Below the pieces are notes generated by a model. The model had not been told where the DNA came from, ran no database searches, and worked only from the letters and a program-made list of their open reading frames with translations. Shown here piece by piece: positions 45,458-53,668 of a stretch of 64,000 nucleotides of DNA (position 1 is its first letter; each line of letters begins with the position of its first letter). The position numbers and the translations under genes are program-made. This DNA is from an uncultured Verrucomicrobiae bacterium (GTDB lineage: Bacteria; Verrucomicrobiota; Verrucomicrobiia; Limisphaerales; Palsa-1400): the NCBI GenBank assembly GCA_963707025.1, contig CAVPOM010000004.1, positions 800,001 to 864,000 of the forward strand, read 5' to 3'.

Positions 45458-46561
45458 ATTATTCTTGACAAAAAGTTTGCCCGGCAGTTGCCGGATCAAC
45501 CGCTTCATCTCCAGTCCCAGCAGCGCCACCGAAACGGAGGACGAGGGCATGCCGCTCCGGCGGATGATGTCATCAATCGCGCTCTCCTCCTTCTCCACCA
45601 AATCATAGACCGTTTGTTCGCTTTCGCTCAGGGTCATGGCCGGCAGGCCGGCGGCATCGTGCAGCAGGGAAGGGCGGTTGCTGGCGGGGAACATATATTC
45701 AAATTCGCTGAGAATGTCCTCCACCCCTTCGCACAGTTTGGCCCCTTTCTTGATCAGGTCGTGACAGCCTTTGCTGCGCGGAGAATCCACCCGGCCGGGC
45801 ACGGCAAAAACCTGGCGGCCATAATCCACCGCCATGCCCGCGGTGATGAGCGCGCCGCTGGTCATGTTCGCCTCCACCACCACCGTGCCAAAAGTCATTC
45901 CCGCCACGATGCGGTTGCGAATGGGAAAACTCAGTTTGTCGGGCTTGCGGTTGAAGGGAAACTGCGTGATCAGCGCCCCTTGGGCCGCGATGCGCCCGAA
46001 CAGTTCTCCGTTTTCCGCCGGGAACACCAAATTGATCCCCGTGCCCAGCACCGCGATGGTGCGTCCCTTCGCGCTCAAAGCCCCTTGGTGGGCGGCCGTG
46101 TCAATCCCGCGCGCCCCGCCGCTAACGACGGTCACGCCGGTGTAAGCCAGTTGGTAGGCGATTTTGCGCGCGACTTCCAGGCCGTAATGCGTCGTCATGC
46201 GCGATCCGACCATGGCCACCGCGTTCTTGTCCCGCGCCGTCAGGCCGCCCAGGACATACAGGAGCACGGGCGGATCGTAAATCTGCTTGAGCAGCGGCGG
46301 ATAATTCTCGTCGGACTGGAGGAGGATGTGGCAGCCGGATTGCTCAATGCGTTTGAGTTCGCCGCTCAGATCCACAGTTTTCTCCCAACTCGCGATGCCC
46401 TCGGAAAGTTCCGGGCCGATGCCGTGGACCTGCTGGAGTTCGGAGCGGCTGGCGCGGAGAATGGCGGCGGAATCGCCGAAGCGTTCGAGCAACTGGCGCA
46501 CGCGCACCGGACCGAGGTCTTTAATCATGTTCAAAGCGACGAACGCTTCCCGGCAATCCAT
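45455..46561 (-). CDS. dprA: DNA-processing protein DprA
   Basis: VGSR, VSGGARGIDTAAH, FPIRNRIV, SGALIT, GRQVFAVPG. Confidence 0.96.
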   Translation of the reverse strand: MDCREAFVALNMIKDLGPVRVRQLLERFGDSAAILRASRSELQQVHGIGPELSEGIASWEKTVDLSGELKRIEQSGCHILLQSDENYPPLLKQIYDPPVLLYVLGGLTARDKNAVAMVGSRMTTHYGLEVARKIAYQLAYTGVTVVSGGARGIDTAAHQGALSAKGRTIAVLGTGINLVFPAENGELFGRIAAQGALITQFPFNRKPDKLSFPIRNRIVAGMTFGTVVVEANMTSGALITAGMAVDYGRQVFAVPGRVDSPRSKGCHDLIKKGAKLCEGVEDILSEFEYMFPASNRPSLLHDAAGLPAMTLSESEQTVYDLVEKEESAIDDIIRRSGMPSSSVSVALLGLEMKRLIRQLPGKLFVKNN

Positions 46562-46780
46562 GCGCCTGAGCAAACACCGTTTGCCCCCGCGGGGCAAGCT
46601 TTAGATGGGCTCAATCTACCACAAACCAGGACACTGCCGGACCACGAGGAGCCTTGACTTTTCCGCCGGCCCGCGCAAGGTTGCATGGCATGAGTTCTCC
46701 ATCTGAGCCAAGGCGAAGCGCCAGCAGGGGCGGCTGTTTTTGCGGGTGTCGCTCGCTCGCTCCCAGCCACCCTGACCGGC

Positions 46781-47419
46781 ATGAATGACCTGAGGTTCGG
46801 GAGCTTGGGGGAAACTTGGATTAATCTGGTCCAGAGGACCGTCCAGAGCGGGATTTGCGTGGACGGCGAGAGCCTTGAGTTGCTGGAGGTGCAGGTGGCT
46901 TTTCCCGCCGGGGCGGAGGGCGATGAGGCGATCCGGCAGTTTGGCGACCGCGGGATGATTGCCGAGATGGAGAAGGTTTTTTTCGCGCTCGGGGCCAATG
47001 CCGAGGGGCACTGTTATGCCAACCTGATGCGAGGCCCGGACGGCCGGCACGATCTCCAAGACGTCATGGCGCTCCTGCGCGCCGAACCCGCCAGCAAACG
47101 GGCGGTGGTAACTTTGTGTGATCCCGGCGGCGGCAAGGTGCCGTGCATCAATGTCGTGCAATTCCTGGTTCGCGCCGGCGCGCTGCGGACCATTTACTTC
47201 GCGCGCGGCCAGGATGCCTTCAAAAAATTTTATGCCGACGCGCTTTGCCTGGCAAAGATGGCGCGCAGGGTAGGGGAGGGGTTGGGCCTGGCGGAGGGCG
47301 CCGTGTCGGGATTCATCGCCTCCAGCCATGTCTATCAGAAAGATCTGCCGGCCATCGCCGATTTCCTGGCGCGCGGCCGGCGGTTCCTGCGCAACGGCGA
47401 ACCGGAAGGAGCCCGCTGA
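46781..47419 (+). CDS. Thymidylate-synthase-fold enzyme, predicted (d)CMP-specific
   Basis: SKRAV, catalytic PC (VPCINVVQF), RGQDAFKKFYAD aligning to E. coli ThyA RSCDVFLGLPFN, H-x-Y (SSHVY). Confidence 0.8.
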   Translation: MNDLRFGSLGETWINLVQRTVQSGICVDGESLELLEVQVAFPAGAEGDEAIRQFGDRGMIAEMEKVFFALGANAEGHCYANLMRGPDGRHDLQDVMALLRAEPASKRAVVTLCDPGGGKVPCINVVQFLVRAGALRTIYFARGQDAFKKFYADALCLAKMARRVGEGLGLAEGAVSGFIASSHVYQKDLPAIADFLARGRRFLRNGEPEGAR

Positions 47420-48801
47420 TGCGCGTTTTGTTTGTCGCTCCACGGTCCTGCAATCCCAAGCAGATGTACCGCGAATACCCGTTGGGCGTCGGTTACCTCG
47501 GCACGCTCCTGCGGCAGCACGGGCATGAGGTGCGTGTCTTCGACCAAAACGCCGAGGGCCTGGAGGACGAAGGCCTGTGGCAACTCGTCGCCGAGTTTCA
47601 GCCCGACCTCGCCGGCTTCTCGGTCATCACGCCCAATTACCCCGTGGCCCGCCAACAGATTCGCCGGCTGAAGCGGCTGCACCCGGAGGTGCGGATCCTG
47701 GCCGGGGGCATCCACGCGACGCTGTTTCCCGATGACCTCATGGCCGACGGGGCCGATGTCGTGGTGCTGGGCGAAGGCGAGCCGGTCATTGTCCAGTTGG
47801 TGGCCGGCTTGGCCGAAGGACGCAATTTGAGCAACCTGCCGGGACTGCTGTTCCGCGACCGCACGGGCGAGGTCATACGGACGGCAGGACGGCGCCAGAA
47901 CGCTTCAATTGATGATCTGCCGTGGGTGGACCGGAGCCTTTACAATCTTTCCAAGTACACCCATCACTCCATGCTCGCCTCACGCGGATGCCCCCACCAT
48001 TGCGCCTTCTGCTGCAATTATACCGGCACGATCCGCCGCGACGGCGCGGCCGTGCGGCGGCGCGAAAATGTCCTGGCAGAAATGGAGCACTTGCGCGACA
48101 CCCATGGCGCCGGCGAGATTTTTTTTGCCGACGACATTTTCCTGCTGCGCAAACAGGACATCCTGGAATTTTGCGCCGCTTGCGCCGCCCGCCGGGTCGG
48201 CGTCAATTGGATTGGGCAAATGCGGGCGGACCGGGTGGACTCCCGGGTGGCGCAAGCGCTGCGGGCGGCCCAGTGTCAGCGAATCTATTTCGGGGTCGAA
48301 TCTGGTTCCGACCGCATCCTGCGCCAGGCCGGGAAGGGGATGACCACGGCGCAAATCCGGCGCGGCATCAGGGCGGCGCTGGACGCCGGGCTGCGAGTCA
48401 AGACCGGTTGGATTTATGGTTTGCCCGGCTCGCTGGCAGAGCAGTACCAGTCCATTCCTTTCATGCTGGAGCTGCGGCCCCAGGAGATTTCCATCCACCA
48501 GCTCATTCCTTTTCCAGGGACGATCTATTACACCGACCCATCCCGCTTCGGCATTCGCATCGCGCAGCCCAAGGCCTTCGCGGACTTTTGTTATGGCGGA
48601 CTGGAGGGCGGCATCCGTTTCGATTATCTGAGCCACCGGCAATTGCGGCAATTGCTCCAAGACACGGCCGCCGCGCTGGAGGCGGCCGGTTATGTCAGCA
48701 GCGACCAGGCGGGCCCGGGCGCCGAATACATTTATACCACGCCGCTCTCGCGCCACTCCATGAACGTCTTCCGGCCCTCCGCGCCCGTACTCGCCGCATG
48801 A
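47419..48801 (+). CDS. Cobalamin-binding radical SAM enzyme
   Basis: N-terminal B12-binding domain (PLGVGYL, GGIHAT, GEGE); SRGCPHHCAFC (CxxxCxxC); FADDIF; GVESGS; TGATG overlap with the upstream gene. Confidence 0.93.
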   Translation: MRVLFVAPRSCNPKQMYREYPLGVGYLGTLLRQHGHEVRVFDQNAEGLEDEGLWQLVAEFQPDLAGFSVITPNYPVARQQIRRLKRLHPEVRILAGGIHATLFPDDLMADGADVVVLGEGEPVIVQLVAGLAEGRNLSNLPGLLFRDRTGEVIRTAGRRQNASIDDLPWVDRSLYNLSKYTHHSMLASRGCPHHCAFCCNYTGTIRRDGAAVRRRENVLAEMEHLRDTHGAGEIFFADDIFLLRKQDILEFCAACAARRVGVNWIGQMRADRVDSRVAQALRAAQCQRIYFGVESGSDRILRQAGKGMTTAQIRRGIRAALDAGLRVKTGWIYGLPGSLAEQYQSIPFMLELRPQEISIHQLIPFPGTIYYTDPSRFGIRIAQPKAFADFCYGGLEGGIRFDYLSHRQLRQLLQDTAAALEAAGYVSSDQAGPGAEYIYTTPLSRHSMNVFRPSAPVLAA

Positions 48802-49535
48802 AGCTTGCCCGCGACAAGGAGCGTCATCGCCTGGCCCTGGAGCGGCTGCGCCTGCCCCGGTTCGCAGGCCGGGATGCCTCCCGCCCGTTTGTGGTTGCTC
48901 TCGAAGGGGCCAATGGCGTCGGCAAAACGACCCTGTGCCGATTGCTCGCGCGCCGCCTGGCCGCGCCCGCCTGCCTGGGCACGGCTGAGGCCTGGTTCTC
49001 AAGACCTTTCAAAACCCGCATGATCCGCGACGCCGCCTGGTTTGCCTCGGCCATGTTCTTTCTCAGCGGCTGCTTCGAGCAGATGCGCGTCCTGCGGGGC
49101 CGTCCCAACCCGCTGGTCATTATGGACCGATCGCTTTGGTCCACCCTGGCCGTTCACGGCGCGGAGAGTCCCGGGAGGCTGGCGGCGCTGCTCGCCATGC
49201 TGCGGCCCGTGGCCGCCCAGATTCACGTGCCCGACCTCACCCTGGTGCTCGAAGCGGGTTTTGAGACGTGCCAGTCGCGTATTGCCCGCAAGAGCCGCAC
49301 AGCCCGCCTTTTGGATGATTTGACGGCCACGCCGGCTTTTCACGCGCGGGAACAGGAGTTTTATCGCTGGCTGGCCCGTCAACATTCCGAGGTGCTGTTT
49401 CTGGACGCAAATCAAGCCGGGCCGGAGAAAGTGGCGGAGCGGGCGTCGGCCTTGGTTCGGGAAAGAGCCGCAGCGCAGGGCCTGGCTCTGCCTCACGGCG
49501 GCAAGGGCGCAAAGCGCGCCGGCGCTGCTTGCTGA
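48798..49535 (+). CDS. Thymidylate/deoxynucleoside kinase-family P-loop kinase
   Basis: LEGANGVGKTT, IMDRS, PDLTLVL; ATGA overlap. Confidence 0.85.
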   Translation: MKLARDKERHRLALERLRLPRFAGRDASRPFVVALEGANGVGKTTLCRLLARRLAAPACLGTAEAWFSRPFKTRMIRDAAWFASAMFFLSGCFEQMRVLRGRPNPLVIMDRSLWSTLAVHGAESPGRLAALLAMLRPVAAQIHVPDLTLVLEAGFETCQSRIARKSRTARLLDDLTATPAFHAREQEFYRWLARQHSEVLFLDANQAGPEKVAERASALVRERAAAQGLALPHGGKGAKRAGAAC

Positions 49536-49543
49536 AAGCAAAG

Positions 49544-50902
49544 ATGCTCACACTGGTTACCTCCAATCCCGCCAAGTACGCCCCATTCACCCGGGACCTG
49601 GAGCGCTTGCGCCTCACGCTAGAGCCGCCCTCCCAGTCCCTTCCCGAACTGCAGAGCCTCACTTTCGCCGAAGCCCTGGCCGCAAAGGCGCGTGCCGCCG
49701 CCGCCCTGTTTGGCCGGCCCGTGCTCGTAGATGACACCGGTTTGGTGTTGGAGGCCTACGCGCCGTTCCCGGGGCCGTTGACCGGGGCCGTCCTCCGCAG
49801 CCTCGGCGCCACGGGACTCCGGCGGCTTCTTGCCGGCACTTCCCACCGGGCGGTGATGGAATGCCACCTCGGTTGTTGGCTCAAGGGCGCTTTGCGGCAG
49901 TGGACCGGCGCTGTTTCGGGCCGAATTGACCTTTCCCGTCCGCAACGCGACCCACGGATGCTCCTTTCCGATCTGTTCATCCCCGATCCATCCGAGGCTG
50001 GACCGGCCCCTCGCCGGCGCGCCCAGCCAGGCCAGGCGGCAAAGCCCGCGCGCGGCCGGCGCCGGGGAGCGGCGGCTGCATTGCTGCAAGACGGCGCGCT
50101 GCGGACCGAAGCGCCCGGCCTCCAGGGCGCCGCGACCGGACATTCTCCGCTGCCCCACCGCGCGCTCGCCCTCGCCGCCCTGGAAAAAGATATATTCGAA
50201 CTGCACCTCGAAACCGCTCCTCCGGAAACGGGCGGTGCGACGGCCTGCGCCGCGCCGACCAGCTATGATTGCCCGTTTTGCGCCGAGTTTGAGGACGACG
50301 GCCTGAGCCTGTTCGCCGGCATGATGGGGGATCGTCTTCCCAGCCGGGTGGTGTATGAAGACGAACATTTCGTGGTCATGCCCCCGTTGGGGGAGTTCAT
50401 GGAAGGGGGCCTGCTGTTGCTGAGCCGGGAACATCTCCCTTCCTTGGCGCACCTCGCGGCCGCGCAGTTCGACCGACTCGAACGCTTGTTGCAGGCGATC
50501 CAGCGGGCTTTGGCCAAACGCTGGGGCGCCGCAACAGTGGTTTTCGAACACGGCCCCGCTGCCGACTGGAGCAAAGGCGCCTGCTGTGTTGACCACGCGC
50601 ATCTGAACATCTTCCCGGCCCCGGTTTATGTCCGCCCGCACCTGGCTGGCCGGATGAGTCTGTCCCTTGGGTCGCTGGCCGGGCTGGCCAAACTCCGGCG
50701 CGCCGAATTCGGCTATCTCTTCGTCCAGGAAAACGACGGCACGCGCCGCGCCTACGACGGCCGGGATGTCCCCACCCAGTTGGTGCGCCGCATCATCACC
50801 GCCCAACTCGGCCTGCCCGAACGGTGGCACTGGCGCGATTACCCGGGCCGCGACGAATTGCTCGCCACCTACCACGCGCTGAAGGAACAGATCCGGTTAT
50901 GA
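49544..50902 (+). CDS. HAM1/ITPase-like NTP pyrophosphatase fused to a HIT-like (CwfJ-type) domain
   Basis: VTSNPAK, ELQ, AKA, DDTGL..PFPG, PHR; then CPFC, FEHG, CVDHAHL, WHWR. Confidence 0.82.
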   Translation: MLTLVTSNPAKYAPFTRDLERLRLTLEPPSQSLPELQSLTFAEALAAKARAAAALFGRPVLVDDTGLVLEAYAPFPGPLTGAVLRSLGATGLRRLLAGTSHRAVMECHLGCWLKGALRQWTGAVSGRIDLSRPQRDPRMLLSDLFIPDPSEAGPAPRRRAQPGQAAKPARGRRRGAAAALLQDGALRTEAPGLQGAATGHSPLPHRALALAALEKDIFELHLETAPPETGGATACAAPTSYDCPFCAEFEDDGLSLFAGMMGDRLPSRVVYEDEHFVVMPPLGEFMEGGLLLLSREHLPSLAHLAAAQFDRLERLLQAIQRALAKRWGAATVVFEHGPAADWSKGACCVDHAHLNIFPAPVYVRPHLAGRMSLSLGSLAGLAKLRRAEFGYLFVQENDGTRRAYDGRDVPTQLVRRIITAQLGLPERWHWRDYPGRDELLATYHALKEQIRL

Positions 50903-51576
50903 GCGCCGGCCAGTCAAGCATTGGCCGCATCCGGCCAATTTATGCGCGCCGCCGTCTCAAGGCCATCGCCGCCCGCTGGGATGCCCGGGCTGGCGCCTGG
51001 GAGCGCGCCCTGGCCGACCCAGCCTGTCCCCTGAACGAGGACGGCGCCTACGGCCGGTTCACCCGGGTCGTCCAACGCCTCATCGCGCGGCGGCGGCGAT
51101 TCTGTGCCAGCCACGGCGTCATAGACGCCGGTTGCGGGACCGGATTGGTTTTGGCCGAAGTGTTTTCCGCCTTTGCCTGGGGCATCGGCCTGGACATCAG
51201 CCCGCGGATGATTCGCCTCGCGCGCGCCAAGCGCCTGGCCCATACCCGTTTCGTCGTGGGCGACTGCTTCAATCTCCCGTTGCTTTGTCCCAGGGCCGGC
51301 GCGGTCCTCTCGCGCGGCGTGCTCCTCTCGCATTATGGCCGCGAGCAGGGTCAGGCCCTCCTCAACGCCGCCCGGGCCGCCTTGGTGCCGGGCGGCTTTT
51401 TGGCTTTCGATTTCTTGAATGCAGCCGCGCGCGGCCAACATCGCCACGCCCCGGCAAACAAAACCTGGTTCACCGGCCGGGAAGTCCAGGAGATGGCTCG
51501 CCGCGCCGGTTTCTCCACCGTCAGGACCTTGGGCAAATCAAACCGCCGCGCTCTCGTGTTGCTGGCCGAAACCTGA
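50899..51576 (+). CDS. Class I SAM-dependent methyltransferase
   Basis: VIDAGCGTG, GLDISPRMI, FVVGD, LVPGG; ATGA overlap. Confidence 0.9.
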   Translation: MSAGQSSIGRIRPIYARRRLKAIAARWDARAGAWERALADPACPLNEDGAYGRFTRVVQRLIARRRRFCASHGVIDAGCGTGLVLAEVFSAFAWGIGLDISPRMIRLARAKRLAHTRFVVGDCFNLPLLCPRAGAVLSRGVLLSHYGREQGQALLNAARAALVPGGFLAFDFLNAAARGQHRHAPANKTWFTGREVQEMARRAGFSTVRTLGKSNRRALVLLAET

Positions 51577-51659
51577 TCAACACCGGGCGGGATCCTCCCG
51601 ACCGCAAGTTGGGCTGCTGGCGGGAGTCCCTGCCTCAGTGAAAAGTTTTCCTAATGCAC

Positions 51660-51688
51660 TTGACCATTTGTTACATAAATGTTACACT
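51660..51688 (+). promoter_or_regulatory. Putative sigma70 promoter overlapped by a TGTTACA-N4-TGTTACA direct repeat
   Basis: TTGACC-17 bp-TACACT; repeats at 51669-51675 and 51680-51686 (11-bp period). Confidence 0.65.
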
Positions 51689-51726
51689 TGTCCGATGATA
51701 AGGATGGAATCAGGACTGCGATCTGT

Positions 51727-52863
51727 ATGACGAACCTCACTCCGACGCAACGATTTAGAACCAGGAAGTCTCGTGCGGCGGTGCCCGGCCCTGCCATCTG
51801 GAAGGTGCCTGACATCATGGCCACCCTTGGGCCGACACTGGAAAAGCAGGAAGACTTGCGCCAGGCCATCCAAGCCGGCGTCCGCTGGGTCCGGCTGCCT
51901 TGCGGATACCGGCAGCGACCACACTTGGAGAACGCCCGGACCGCGCGCGCGGCTGCGACGCAAGCCGGCCTGCCCGTCCAATTGCTGCTGGACCTGCCCT
52001 CTTCCCGGCCGCGGACCGGGACGATGCAGGACCTGCAACTGGCCATAGGCGATGCCGTGCTTTTCTGGGATCCCGAGGCCGGCAGCGAGGCGCCCCTCAA
52101 AAACGGCGCGTGGCCGGTGCCGCTGCCCGGTCTGCGGGAGTTGGCGGACAAGCTGGCTGCGAAGCACCGCATGTGGTTTTGCGACGGGCGTCTTAACTTT
52201 GTCGTGGATGGACTCCATGACGGGTTTGTCGCAGCCCATTTAGTTGACGGTACCATCCCGCTCAAGTCTTCCAACGCGCTCTTTTTGCCCGATTGTTCCA
52301 GCGGTTTCAGGGCCATTACTCAACTGGACCGTGAGCTGTTGCGAGAGTTCGCCGCCGCCAAACTGCTTCCCGACTGGGTGGCTCTGTCGCTGATTGCATC
52401 GCCTCAGGACGTGCGCGAAGGTCGCGCGGAGGCCGGCAAATGCCTGGGCGCTGAAGTCCGCGTGATGGCCAAATTCGAGACGGTCGCGGCGGTGGAGTGT
52501 GCGGAGGCGATCATCGCCGCCGCGGATGGCCTCATGGTGGCCCGGGGCGACCTTGGCCTGGCCGTTGGCTACACCCGCCTGCCGGGCGTGCAAGAGCAGT
52601 TGGTGGCGGCCGCGCGGCGGGCTGGCAAACCGGTGGTTGTAGCCACTCAAATCCTGGAGACCTTCGCCGCAACCGGCCTCCCCCAGCGTCCCGAGCTTTC
52701 AGACTTGTCGCTCATCGCCCGCCAGGGGGCCGATGCCATCATGCTGGGCAAGGAAACCGTCTTCAGTCCTCGGCCTCTGGAGTGCATCCGCCTGGCGTCG
52801 GAGGTCCTGACTTACGAGACCCGGCGTTTCGAGCAGGTTTATGGCACACAGCGCCCGGTTTGA
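51727..52863 (+). CDS. Divergent pyruvate kinase-family protein lacking the C-terminal domain
   Basis: ATLGP, MAKFET, DGLMVARGDLG, VATQILE, GADAIML; the RLNFSH motif is replaced by RLPCGY; start uncertain. Confidence 0.85.
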   Translation: MTNLTPTQRFRTRKSRAAVPGPAIWKVPDIMATLGPTLEKQEDLRQAIQAGVRWVRLPCGYRQRPHLENARTARAAATQAGLPVQLLLDLPSSRPRTGTMQDLQLAIGDAVLFWDPEAGSEAPLKNGAWPVPLPGLRELADKLAAKHRMWFCDGRLNFVVDGLHDGFVAAHLVDGTIPLKSSNALFLPDCSSGFRAITQLDRELLREFAAAKLLPDWVALSLIASPQDVREGRAEAGKCLGAEVRVMAKFETVAAVECAEAIIAAADGLMVARGDLGLAVGYTRLPGVQEQLVAAARRAGKPVVVATQILETFAATGLPQRPELSDLSLIARQGADAIMLGKETVFSPRPLECIRLASEVLTYETRRFEQVYGTQRPV

Positions 52864-53659
52864 GTTGAAATACCTCATCGAGGAACCCCGCGCCGTGGCG
52901 GTGGCGGATTTTGTTTCCAGCTATCTTCGGCCTTCCGAGCACAACGGCTCCGGACCCATCCGCGGGCATCCGGTCATCAGCCTTTACCTGGATTCACCGG
53001 ATTTCTTTTTTTTCAGGCAGGCCTACCAAGGCAACAGAAACCGCATGAAGCTGCGCATCCGTTTCTACGACGACGAATGGCAGCGGCCCGCTTTCCTGGA
53101 GGTCAAGCGCCGCGTCAGCGAAGTCATCCTGAAAGACCGGGCGATGATGACGCGGGAAGGCGTCCGCCAGATCCTCACCCAAGGCTGGCCCGGCTGTCCT
53201 TATTGGGCCGACTTCACCCACCTCATCCACGGCCGGCGGCGGCAGGATGTGAACGAGGATTTCTGGAGGTTCGCCAACACGATGCGCGCCTGCGGGTCCA
53301 TTTATATCTCCTATTACCGGGAAATCTACGAGGCGCCCGAGGACGAGGAGCTGCGGGTGACCCTGGACCGCCAAATCCGCGGCAGCCGTTACGACGGCAG
53401 CGGCCGGTTGCAGGTTCCCCAGCGCGGCTGGCGTCCCTTTCTGCCTCCTTACGCAGCGCCGTTCCCCCAGAACGGTGTTATCCTGGAGTTGAAATTCGAC
53501 AATCAGGCGCCGCGCTGGATGTTTGATCTGGTCAAAATCTTCAATCTCCAGCGGATTCCCTTCTGCAAATATGTGGCGTGCATGTATGCGCAGGATCTGC
53601 AGTGGCGGCGGCGCGTGCTGGCGGAACAGGAGCAGGATTTGGTATTAACAGGAAACTGA
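52841..53659 (+). CDS. VTC (polyphosphate polymerase) domain protein
   Basis: RFELKY, SLYLDS, RMKLRIRFY, LEVK, LRVTLD, ILELKF, KY motifs. Confidence 0.9.
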   Translation: MAHSARFELKYLIEEPRAVAVADFVSSYLRPSEHNGSGPIRGHPVISLYLDSPDFFFFRQAYQGNRNRMKLRIRFYDDEWQRPAFLEVKRRVSEVILKDRAMMTREGVRQILTQGWPGCPYWADFTHLIHGRRRQDVNEDFWRFANTMRACGSIYISYYREIYEAPEDEELRVTLDRQIRGSRYDGSGRLQVPQRGWRPFLPPYAAPFPQNGVILELKFDNQAPRWMFDLVKIFNLQRIPFCKYVACMYAQDLQWRRRVLAEQEQDLVLTGN

Positions 53660-53668
53660 TCTGACATT

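Noticed and set aside
46600..46780. Cobalamin or other riboswitch upstream of the radical SAM operon
   Set aside because: No recognisable B12-box or other aptamer consensus by eye; an Rfam scan would be needed.
47143..49535. 552-aa and 537-aa ORFs as listed in the ORF track
   Set aside because: The N-terminal extensions are off-frame overlaps in GC-rich DNA; the coupled starts are at 47419 and 48798.
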